The position numbers and the translations under genes are program-made. Under the pieces are notes generated by a model. It was not told where the DNA came from. It was given only the letters and a program-made list of their open reading frames with translations, and searched no databases. DNA of 62,293 nucleotides from Verrucomicrobiales bacterium (GTDB lineage Bacteria; Verrucomicrobiota; Verrucomicrobiia; Verrucomicrobiales; SLCJ01): NCBI GenBank assembly GCA_046075565.1, contig JBJTQJ010000115.1, positions 1 through 62,293 of the forward strand. The letters run 5' to 3'. Position 1 is the first letter of the stretch, and each line of letters begins with the position of its first letter. Of this stretch, positions 1 to 8,229 are shown in pieces.

Positions 1-369
1 TTGCTTGCCCTCGCCGTTTTCGCCATCGCCGTGGTTGGACTGGCCAAATCCCTCAATGCGGCTTCGATCTACGCGCGCGAGGCGAGGATCATTTCCACGG
101 TCACCCGTAGCATGGAGAACGCGCTGGAGGAAGCCATCCACCGCCCGATCATCGAACCAGGGGAATGGACCTCCGATCCGGACAGCAGCGGGCTGATAGT
201 CACAACACGCATCGCCGAAGTGGAGATCGAAAACGAGGACGGCCAGATGCTGAATGGCATGTATGAAGTCACGGTGACTGGACTCCTGCCCGGTCGCGAC
301 CGCGAGGAAAACCGTCTTTGGGAATTGCGGACCCTTTGTTACCCACCACTCTATGCGGGCACACGCTGA
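1..369 (+). CDS. T2SS minor pseudopilin (GspI-like), 5'-truncated by window edge
   Basis: Starts inside a hydrophobic pilin helix (LLALAVFAIAVVGLA); short; overlaps the next pseudopilin at the head of a gsp operon. Confidence 0.7.
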   Translation: MLALAVFAIAVVGLAKSLNAASIYAREARIISTVTRSMENALEEAIHRPIIEPGEWTSDPDSSGLIVTTRIAEVEIENEDGQMLNGMYEVTVTGLLPGRDREENRLWELRTLCYPPLYAGTR

Positions 370-1168
370 ACCTCCACCTTCACTCCGGAATCGGCGTCCG
401 GCTGGCTTCACCTTGATCGAGGTGATGCTTGCCCTGGGGATTCTCGTGATCCTGGTGGGTGGATTGGCCGGAATCACGGCGGCCAGCGTGCGACTCGGGC
501 GCACCATCCTTGAAGCCCAGCAGGATGATTCGGTGCGGGACGGATTCGAGCGCATCATTCGCGAAAACCTCAGCGCGATTCCCCAGGATTCCCCCTTCCT
601 CCTGCGCCAGGAAGGCACGGGCGGAGCGCAAACCGTGATCTTCAGCAAAGCCTCCGGACTATTCCCGGTTTCCGGCCTGCCACTGGTGATGGACTCGGTC
701 TCCATCGAAGGCCGGCGTGGACGCGACGGATTCCTCACGCTGTGGTTGGTTTACTACGCCGGTGACCTCGCGCAAGCCATCCAGGACAACTCGGTTGAAA
801 CTGAAATGCTCGTGCAGATTCCCTTTAAAGACGGTCTGGAAATGCTGCAATGGCGCGTCTACGACCCGACTACCGACAAGTGGACCGAGGTCTGGGAGGA
901 AGCGGGTCGGCGTCCGCATTATCTGGAAATGAACTATCGCTTTGCCGGAGATCCGGTCGACCACCGGATGGTCTTTTGGCTCCCACGACTGCAAACGGCT
1001 CCCGGCGGCGGAGGGCAAGGAGGGCAAGGAGGGCAAGGCGGAGGTGGCCCGAACGGCGGAGGTGGTGGTGGACAAGGCGGTGGTGGCGGTGATCCCGGAG
1101 GCGGTGGCAACGGTCCTGGCACTGGTGACGGAGGACCGCCCAACATCCGAGTGGAGGTGCCCCGATGA
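353..1168 (+). CDS. gspJ: T2SS minor pseudopilin, GspJ-like, with Gly-rich C-terminal tail
   Basis: Prepilin cleavage/methylation motif G|FTLIEVMLAL; directly precedes gspK. Confidence 0.75.
   Translation: MRAHAEPPPSLRNRRPAGFTLIEVMLALGILVILVGGLAGITAASVRLGRTILEAQQDDSVRDGFERIIRENLSAIPQDSPFLLRQEGTGGAQTVIFSKASGLFPVSGLPLVMDSVSIEGRRGRDGFLTLWLVYYAGDLAQAIQDNSVETEMLVQIPFKDGLEMLQWRVYDPTTDKWTEVWEEAGRRPHYLEMNYRFAGDPVDHRMVFWLPRLQTAPGGGGQGGQGGQGGGGPNGGGGGGQGGGGGDPGGGGNGPGTGDGGPPNIRVEVPR
1010..1036 (+). repeat. Perfect 9-bp tandem repeat (GGAGGGCAA)x3 encoding GGQ GGQ GGQ
   Basis: Read directly from sequence. Confidence 0.9.
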
Positions 1169-2136
1169 TTCTTGCACCTCGCCCATTTTCCCGGCTGAAC
1201 CTTCGGCGAGGTTCGGCGCTACTGGCGACCCTGGCCGTGATCGCCGCACTTGCGCTCGTTGTCGCGCTGGTTTCCCGTGTGCTCCGGGAAGACCAAAGAT
1301 ATATCAAGGTCCGGCAAGAACGCCTCAATGCGCTCGCATGGGCTGAAGCAGGAGTCGCCATCGCCAGCCACCCGTTGATCAAGCGAGGAGACCCCACGCT
1401 CATCTGGGCCGGACCTGATGGTGAGGGCTACAAAGTGACCATCGAATCCGAAGATGCCCGCATCAATCCGGCGGTGGTGCTGCAACGCGAGGACGACATT
1501 TTCCTGGAGTCCCTCTTTGCCCTCTGGGGCATGGATCCGGATTCCTCGGCGGTGTTGATCGATTCCATGCGCGATTGGATCGATGATGATGACAGTGTCG
1601 GCCTCAACGGGGCCGAGGAGGGAGAATACGAGGGCTCGGGTATGCCCGGAGTTCCCCCGAACCGTCGCTTTCTTTCCGTAGAAGAAATCCGCCATGTCCG
1701 GGGGGCGCAGGCCCTCGATATGTTGCGTCCGGGCTGGGAATCGCTTTTCACCGTCCGCGGCTCGGGCGTGCTCGACCTCAAGGACGCCCCCGCCGAACTC
1801 ATCGCCGCTGCTTGCGGGGTCCCCATCGAGACGGCTCAACGTTTTGTGGAACTGAGACGGGGTCCGGACGGGATCCCCGACAACGACGACGATCCGCCCA
1901 TGACTTCGCTCAGCGACGCCCTCACCCTGCTCGGCCCGCCCGGCGTGTCCGAGGAAATCCTCAACAGCCGGGTCGGTGTGGGCTCGTCCACCCAACGCAT
2001 CACCAGTATTGGAAGCTTCGGAAAAACCTCCCGCACGCTGGCCGCCGTCATCCTCAAGGGCAATGCCCGCCCCGCCATGTTGTGGCGAGGCGAAGTGCCC
2101 AGTGTGCTGCCCGACGCCCCGAATCCCGGCGGCTGA
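1165..2136 (+). CDS. gspK: T2SS protein K (tip pseudopilin)
   Basis: RG|SALL N-terminus, AEAG, ESEDARIN, DWIDDDD Ca-binding motif, F.SVEEI..VRG. Confidence 0.88.
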   Translation: MILAPRPFSRLNLRRGSALLATLAVIAALALVVALVSRVLREDQRYIKVRQERLNALAWAEAGVAIASHPLIKRGDPTLIWAGPDGEGYKVTIESEDARINPAVVLQREDDIFLESLFALWGMDPDSSAVLIDSMRDWIDDDDSVGLNGAEEGEYEGSGMPGVPPNRRFLSVEEIRHVRGAQALDMLRPGWESLFTVRGSGVLDLKDAPAELIAAACGVPIETAQRFVELRRGPDGIPDNDDDPPMTSLSDALTLLGPPGVSEEILNSRVGVGSSTQRITSIGSFGKTSRTLAAVILKGNARPAMLWRGEVPSVLPDAPNPGG

Positions 2137-2193
2137 TTTGCCCGATGGACGAAACAGAAATCCGGTCCATAATATATCTTAATCAAGTCCCCT

Positions 2194-3435
2194 ATGTCAG
2201 AGAAACGCAGCGAAATCCTCATTTGCCCGTCCGCCGACGGTTGGACCCGATGGAAATCGGGAGAAGATGGCGTATGGGTCGCCGAGGAGTCCATCCCTGC
2301 CGAGTCTCCGGCTTGGGATGCAGCCTACCCCAAGCTCGCGTGGCAAATGGGCTTGCCCATGCGCGTGCTCCAGACCATGGCGCTGAAGATCTCTTCCTCC
2401 GACGAAACCACCACGGTGGATGACCTCGTCCCCCTCCGGCTGGAAGCGGCGGGCCTCTCTCTCGGGGAAGAAGGCGTCCGGCTCGCCGATTGGTCGGTCG
2501 CCGGCACCCGCAGCGATGCCAAGATCGTCACGGTCTGGTCCATGGAAGCGAACGCGCTTCTCGGTTGCCCCGGACCCCGCGTGCCCGCAAGCATCTGGCC
2601 GGCTTTTATGCGCTGGAAATGGCAAGCCCGCGAATTGGTTCTCTGGTGCGAAGCCGGCCGGTGGATTGCGGGTTTCTCCAGCGAGCATTGTCCGGTCCAT
2701 GCTCAACCCTGCCTTGGCACGGAGAATGTGCCACAGCTCGCCTCCGACCTCCGCGGCCAGGCTACCGCCTTGCTTCTTCGCGGTTTGACCGCCATGCCGG
2801 AACGCCTCGTCGTGCGCGGGACCTGCCCGCCTTTCGCCCGCGAACTCGCGACCGAACTTTCCCTGCCGCTGGTGGAAAAACCCGAAACCCCGGAGTTGCT
2901 CCCGGCGCAAGCCCGATTGATCGCCAGCGAGATGCAAACCGCCCGTGCCGCCGCCGTCGAGGCGCGCAAGTGGAGGCTGCGCATTATCGCTGCCGCCGCC
3001 CTCTGGGTGGCCGCCGCCATCTATGCCGGATTCGGTTATTTCCAGGCGAAAAGTGAGCTCGCCGATGCCGAAAAGCGCCACGAGGAGGTCACCCCGCGCG
3101 CCAAGGCCATGCGCGATGTACAAGTCCAACTCGACGATATCAAATCCGTCAATCTTCCCGACGCGTTGCCGGTAGATGTGCTCAACCGCATCGCCAAAAC
3201 CATGCCGCAAGGCGGAGGTTTCCGGCTCACCACTTTCACCGTCGAAGGTGACCGTGATGTTTATCTCAAGGGGAGTGCCGCCCGGGCCGATGTCGCGCTG
3301 CGCTTCGCCCAAGATTTGAAACGAAACAAAGACCTGACCGTTTACCAATGGGAAATTCCGCCACCCGTGCAGCAAAAAGACGGCCGGGCTGAATTCAGCT
3401 ACACGGGCAAATTCCGCGCCAATCTGAATCCATGA
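2194..3435 (+). CDS. T2SS assembly-platform protein, GspL/PilN-like
   Basis: Cytoplasmic N-domain, single TM at about aa 263-283, coiled coil, then PilN-like C-terminus; follows gspK. Confidence 0.65.
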   Translation: MSEKRSEILICPSADGWTRWKSGEDGVWVAEESIPAESPAWDAAYPKLAWQMGLPMRVLQTMALKISSSDETTTVDDLVPLRLEAAGLSLGEEGVRLADWSVAGTRSDAKIVTVWSMEANALLGCPGPRVPASIWPAFMRWKWQARELVLWCEAGRWIAGFSSEHCPVHAQPCLGTENVPQLASDLRGQATALLLRGLTAMPERLVVRGTCPPFARELATELSLPLVEKPETPELLPAQARLIASEMQTARAAAVEARKWRLRIIAAAALWVAAAIYAGFGYFQAKSELADAEKRHEEVTPRAKAMRDVQVQLDDIKSVNLPDALPVDVLNRIAKTMPQGGGFRLTTFTVEGDRDVYLKGSAARADVALRFAQDLKRNKDLTVYQWEIPPPVQQKDGRAEFSYTGKFRANLNP

Positions 3436-3977
3436 ACCCCCGCGAACAACGCCTTCTCGCCGCTTTTCTGCTGGTCATCGTGGCCATGGTTTCCTGGCTC
3501 GGTTATGGCCGGCTTCAGGACCGCCAGAATGAAATGCGCGAGCAAGCCACGAGCCTCCGCACCGCCGCCGAACGGGATCAAAGTTTTCTCGATGCCTACG
3601 AAGGGGAATTGAGCGGAGCCCGCGATTGGCTGGCCGAACGCCTTGGCCCGCCCCTCACACCCCAGCAAGCCGACATCAAACTCGTGAACGCCGTCGAAGA
3701 GAGCGCCAAAAGCGCGTCCCTCAGTCTCGTCACGCCGAAATTCCTCTCTCCTCTGGAAAAAGGAAGCCTGCGTCTCGCGCGTTACAGCGCGACGGTGACC
3801 GGCTCGGAGGGTTACATCTACCCATGGTTGGCCAATTTCCACAACCCCGAGAATCTTCGCTGTATCTCCGGATTGACCATCAAACCCGACAAGGACGACG
3901 AAACCATCGTGGTCTGCGAAGTGGAGTTCGGTCAGTGGTATTTGCCCGACTACGAAGAAGCCCTTGATTCCCCATGA
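3432..3977 (+). CDS. T2SS assembly-platform protein, GspM/PilO-like
   Basis: MNPREQRLL start typical of GspM, N-terminal TM, coiled coil; ATGA overlap with upstream gene. Confidence 0.65.
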   Translation: MNPREQRLLAAFLLVIVAMVSWLGYGRLQDRQNEMREQATSLRTAAERDQSFLDAYEGELSGARDWLAERLGPPLTPQQADIKLVNAVEESAKSASLSLVTPKFLSPLEKGSLRLARYSATVTGSEGYIYPWLANFHNPENLRCISGLTIKPDKDDETIVVCEVEFGQWYLPDYEEALDSP

Positions 3978-4555
3978 CCTTCCGTGCGCCCATCGCCCTG
4001 CTGGCTCTCGTGGCCATGATCGCTCCCGTCGTCGGCCAACCCGTCGCCGACAAAGGGCCGTCTGCCGCCTTTACTCCTCTCAAAGCCCCGGTGGTCTCTG
4101 ACTACAGTGGCTTGGCTGAGAACTCTCCCTTCACCATCCGTCCTGACCCCGTGGTTTCCACTCCTGAGGAACCATTCCCGGATATCAAACTCATCGGCTA
4201 CATGTCGCTCGGGGGGAAAATGAACGCATGGGTCCAGCCCGCCGACAAGGAAGACCCGATTCAACTCGTCGAGGGAATCCGCGACGAGGCCAGCGGACTC
4301 CTCCTTCTTGGAATCAAAGGAGCTGAAAACATGTTCACCGCCGCCGCCGAAATTGAAACGAACGGAAAAACCGGCACCCTGCGCTTCACCGAAGCCGGTA
4401 TCTCCCTCGCCTCCGGCGCTGGTGCCGCCAAACCCGCCGCCCAAGGCCAGAACCCGAACCCAGCTCCCAACCGCCCACCCGCGCCCGGCATGGAGCGCCC
4501 GTCCGGACCTCTGCCGACCACCACGCCCCGCCGTCGCATCGTTCTTCCCCAGTAA
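3974..4555 (+). CDS. T2SS-associated exported protein (GspC/N-like position)
   Basis: Signal or anchor sequence, small beta domain, Pro-rich tail; between the M-like gene and the secretin. Confidence 0.5.
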   Translation: MTFRAPIALLALVAMIAPVVGQPVADKGPSAAFTPLKAPVVSDYSGLAENSPFTIRPDPVVSTPEEPFPDIKLIGYMSLGGKMNAWVQPADKEDPIQLVEGIRDEASGLLLLGIKGAENMFTAAAEIETNGKTGTLRFTEAGISLASGAGAAKPAAQGQNPNPAPNRPPAPGMERPSGPLPTTTPRRRIVLPQ

Positions 4556-4597
4556 TCCACCGCCGTTTTTCTCTTCCTCCCTCACCTCCTACCCCCT

Positions 4598-7138
4598 ATG
4601 ACCCGCGTTCTCTCCCGTCTGACCCTCGCCGCCGCCTTGGCCTGGCCCCTCGCCGGTTTCGCCCAGAATGCCAATCCAAACCCGCCGCCCGGTGTGCCCG
4701 CTCCGCCTCCTGGAGTGCCTGCTCCGAATCCCGGTGGACCCGGCCAACCGCCCGGCGCTGGCGGCGCTCGCCCCGGCGGCAATAACAATGCCATCGTGGA
4801 CGGTCCCATCGAGGCCCCGCCTCCGACTGATATGTTGTTGCGCACCGGCATGGCCATGCCAAACGCCAGCATCATCAAGGTGATCCTGCCGATTTACCAG
4901 CAGCTGACAGGGAAACGTGTGGTGCTCGATACCAACATCGCCGACAACAACGTGCGTGTTGTCGTCTCTGGTCCCATCACCAAGGATGACCTGATTGATT
5001 TCATTCTGCGAAGTTTGCAGATGAACGGGTTTGTCTTTGTCCCCACCAACCAGGTGAACACGGTCAAACTGATCAACGCGCTTGCCGGTCAACCGCTCCG
5101 CGCCCAAGGCGGTCTCGTCTATACCGACGCCGCCTCCCTACCCTTCACCGATACCGTCGTCACCTACGTGATGAAGCTCGAGTATATCAAGTCCGAAGAG
5201 GCCGCCCGGATTTTCCCGCAGATCATCCAGCCCAATAGCTACGGCTCCATCGCCGCCGTGGACAACGCCTCGGCGGTCATCATCACCGACGACGTCGCCA
5301 TCGTGCGACAACTGATCGAACTGGCCAAAGTTGTGGACGTGCCATCGGCTCAAGTCTCGACGAAGTGGTTCGAACTCGAACGCGCCGATGCGGAGAGAGC
5401 CGCCGAGTTCCTCGCCGAAGTGCTGGATACCGGCACGGATTCCACCCCCGCCCGCGCCATCCGCGCAGGTAGCGAGGCCCCCGCTCCCACAGGTGCCCCC
5501 GGTGCCCCTGGTGCTACTCCGGGAGCCGCTGGTGCTTCCGCCGGAACCAGCGAAGGCCCGAGCGTGAAGATCGTCGCCGACACCCGCCGCAATGCCATCC
5601 TTGCGGTGGCCCGTCCGCTCGACATGCAATACATCGAGAGCCTGATCAAGGAATACGATTCCCCGAGCAAGGTGAAAACCTTCCTCAAGCGCCCGCTCAA
5701 ATTCATCGTCGCGAGCGAACTGCTCACACCTTTGCAAAACGCTCTCGAGCGCGAGAACGCCGGTGAAGGCGGCAGCAGCGGCGGCGGCGCGGCCACCAGC
5801 GGAGGTGGAACATCCAGCCGCACCAACACCAATGCCACCTCGCGCGGCAGCGGGTTGGGATCAAGAAACTCAAGTTCGAATTCTTCTTTCGGAGGGGGCA
5901 GCAGTGGCTTCGGTGGCAGCAGCGGTTTCGGAGGCGGCGGATTCGGCGGTGGAGGTGGAGGCGGTTCCCTTCTGGAGGCAGGAGATGCCCCGCCTGCCGC
6001 GGAATCGGTGGTCATCGGGAAGACCTTGCTCGTTGCTGATAACGAACGTAACGCCATCATCGTTTCTGGACCACCGGAAAGCATCCGCCTTGTCGAGGAG
6101 ATCATCGACCAGCTCGACGAACGCCCGCGCCAGGTGCTGCTTTCCACGGTTATTGGCCAGATGTCCCTCGGTAACGACCGCGAATACGGTCTGAATATCT
6201 TGAAGTCGCTGAGCGAAGTGAACGCGAACGAGGATCTCCTTGGCGCGGGCTCGCTGGGGGCCGTCAATTTTCCTGGTCGAACGACCACGAGTCCGGGGAC
6301 CGGAAACACGCCAGGAACATCCACCACCAACTTGATCGAATTCGAGGACCTGCTCAATCCCTCGAATTTGCCGGCGCTGTCCGGATTGAACCTCTACGGG
6401 AAAATCGGAGATGACCTCCGGGTTTACCTGAAGCTGCTGGAAAACCAGAACAAGTTCCGTGTTCTCCAGCGTCCTGTCATCTTCACCGCCAACAACCGCC
6501 AGGCGGTGATTTCCAGCGGCCAGCGGATCGCCGTGCCGACCAACTCCTTCACCAGCGGAGCCACCGTGGGCGCGACCCAGAGCACGAACATCGATTACCG
6601 CGATGTCGTGCTTCGTCTCGAAGTGGTTCCCCTCATCAACTCGGAGAACGAAGTGACATTGCGCATCGCCCAGGTGAATGACAAGGTCGTGGGAACGCAA
6701 ACGATCGATGACAATGCCGTGCCGATCATCGGAACGGAGGAACTGGAAACCACGGTCACCGTGACCAACGGCCAGACCGTCGTGCTCGGCGGCCTCATCA
6801 CCGAACGCACCGAGAAGACCATCAACGGGGTTCCGATCCTCATCCAAATCCCGCTCATCAAACACCTCTTCGGCACGACCAAGGAAGTAAAGAATCGCGA
6901 GGAATTGATGATCTTCATCCAACCGAAGATTCTCGACACCAACGCCCAGATTCTGAGCGAAAACGTCAGCGAAGTGAAGCGCGTGCCCCGCGGTGAAGAG
7001 ATCGTGGAATTTGCCGTTCCCGAATACCCGGAGATCAAAGCACAAGCCGAGGCGGCGGAGGCTGCCGCCCAAGGCAAACCGGTGCGCAAACGCCCTTCCG
7101 GCGGCCTGTTCCAGAAGATGAGGCTCTTCCCAGAGTGA
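4598..7138 (+). CDS. gspD: T2SS secretin GspD
   Basis: Signal peptide, repeated N-domains (ADTRRNAI, ADNERNAIIV), QLDERPRQV, secretin core (LGGLI, GVPIL.IPLI.LF, ELMIFIQPKI). Confidence 0.93.
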   Translation: MTRVLSRLTLAAALAWPLAGFAQNANPNPPPGVPAPPPGVPAPNPGGPGQPPGAGGARPGGNNNAIVDGPIEAPPPTDMLLRTGMAMPNASIIKVILPIYQQLTGKRVVLDTNIADNNVRVVVSGPITKDDLIDFILRSLQMNGFVFVPTNQVNTVKLINALAGQPLRAQGGLVYTDAASLPFTDTVVTYVMKLEYIKSEEAARIFPQIIQPNSYGSIAAVDNASAVIITDDVAIVRQLIELAKVVDVPSAQVSTKWFELERADAERAAEFLAEVLDTGTDSTPARAIRAGSEAPAPTGAPGAPGATPGAAGASAGTSEGPSVKIVADTRRNAILAVARPLDMQYIESLIKEYDSPSKVKTFLKRPLKFIVASELLTPLQNALERENAGEGGSSGGGAATSGGGTSSRTNTNATSRGSGLGSRNSSSNSSFGGGSSGFGGSSGFGGGGFGGGGGGGSLLEAGDAPPAAESVVIGKTLLVADNERNAIIVSGPPESIRLVEEIIDQLDERPRQVLLSTVIGQMSLGNDREYGLNILKSLSEVNANEDLLGAGSLGAVNFPGRTTTSPGTGNTPGTSTTNLIEFEDLLNPSNLPALSGLNLYGKIGDDLRVYLKLLENQNKFRVLQRPVIFTANNRQAVISSGQRIAVPTNSFTSGATVGATQSTNIDYRDVVLRLEVVPLINSENEVTLRIAQVNDKVVGTQTIDDNAVPIIGTEELETTVTVTNGQTVVLGGLITERTEKTINGVPILIQIPLIKHLFGTTKEVKNREELMIFIQPKILDTNAQILSENVSEVKRVPRGEEIVEFAVPEYPEIKAQAEAAEAAAQGKPVRKRPSGGLFQKMRLFPE

Positions 7139-7180
7139 TGGTCGAAGGAATGCACAAGCATTCCGGTGCTCTTTGTATCT

Positions 7181-7204
7181 GTAGCGGCACCGCTTCCGGT
7201 GCCG
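7181..7204 (+). repeat. REP-like palindrome GTAG-CGGCACCG-cttc-CGGTGCCG
   Basis: GTAG tetranucleotide plus perfect 8-bp stem, between convergent genes. Confidence 0.6.
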
Positions 7205-7244
7205 GACGAACGAGCCGCCGTGACCGTCTCGTAATCGCGTCACA

Positions 7245-7778
7245 CTATTCCCGTATCCGCAGGCTCTCCGCCTGCTCGTGATGTCCGAGTCCCTCGGCCA
7301 GGCGAATGCGGCATTGGATCACGCGCTCGCTATCCCAAATTTCTTCCGGGAGCTGCATGAGCACCTCTCCCGCTTCGGACCATGAACCGAGGTCAAGCAA
7401 CCCTTCGATCCGTTCGAGGTCGAGTTGGGGTGGCTCGGGTTCAGGAACATTGGTGAAGACCGCATCATGGCGGCCGGGTGCCTGCCCGCCCCGAACACGG
7501 GGTTCATCCTCCGCCAGATAAGTCCAACCGTCCCCTTCACGTTTCAATCGCCACGAGTTCCAGAGCACGACCAACGAGATGCCGATAAAAAAGACCGTGG
7601 TTTCCAGAAAAAACGGCGTGGTGACCACGGAGAAGGTGCCTTTGACAATTTCCTGGAACAATCCCTCCTCGCGCGAAATCACCCAACCAACAAGAACCAT
7701 CGCGGCAAGCGCCGCACCGGCCACGACCGACCAGAACACGGAATGATCTTTTTTCGATGGGGAGGCGGAGGAAGACAT
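7245..7778 (-). CDS. Hypothetical membrane protein (2 TM plus TPR-like C-terminal helices)
   Basis: Probable ATG at 7778 (MSSSASP); two hydrophobic segments; the longer ORF-track extension overlaps rhaM. Confidence 0.65.
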   Translation of the reverse strand: MSSSASPSKKDHSVFWSVVAGAALAAMVLVGWVISREEGLFQEIVKGTFSVVTTPFFLETTVFFIGISLVVLWNSWRLKREGDGWTYLAEDEPRVRGGQAPGRHDAVFTNVPEPEPPQLDLERIEGLLDLGSWSEAGEVLMQLPEEIWDSERVIQCRIRLAEGLGHHEQAESLRIRE

Positions 7779-7907
7779 CCGCCCACAGCATACACCCCCT
7801 GAGGCCAATGGACAAGTTCCTCCCTTGATTGGTAAAATCCAAGGAATGGAGATCCGTTCATAGGTCATACCGCTTGCGGCCGTGTCAATTCCCGCTTTTC
7901 TTGGACC

Positions 7908-8222
7908 ATGCCACGAGTCGCTTTCACCATGCGCCTGTTTCCGGGCCACGAGGAAGAATACGAACGCCGCCACCGTCCGATCTGGCCGGAACTGGCGGGC
8001 GTGCTGCGTGCCCACGGAGTCGAGGATTACGCGATCTATCTCGACGACTCGACGGGCACACTCTTCGGGCACGCTGTCGTGCGTTCCCTCGAGGATTGGG
8101 ATTCCATCGCAAAAGAAGAAGTTTGCCAACGCTGGTGGCAATACATGAAGCCGTTGATGGAAAGCCGCGAGGACGGAAGCCCGGTCGCCACCACGCTGCG
8201 CGAAGTATTTTGCCTGGAATAA
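7908..8222 (+). CDS. rhaM: L-rhamnose mutarotase
   Basis: RVAFTMRLFPG.EEEYERRH.IWPEL, CQRWW.YM, LREVF.L family motifs; 104 aa. Confidence 0.92.
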   Translation: MPRVAFTMRLFPGHEEEYERRHRPIWPELAGVLRAHGVEDYAIYLDDSTGTLFGHAVVRSLEDWDSIAKEEVCQRWWQYMKPLMESREDGSPVATTLREVFCLE

Positions 8223-8229
8223 ACCCGCC

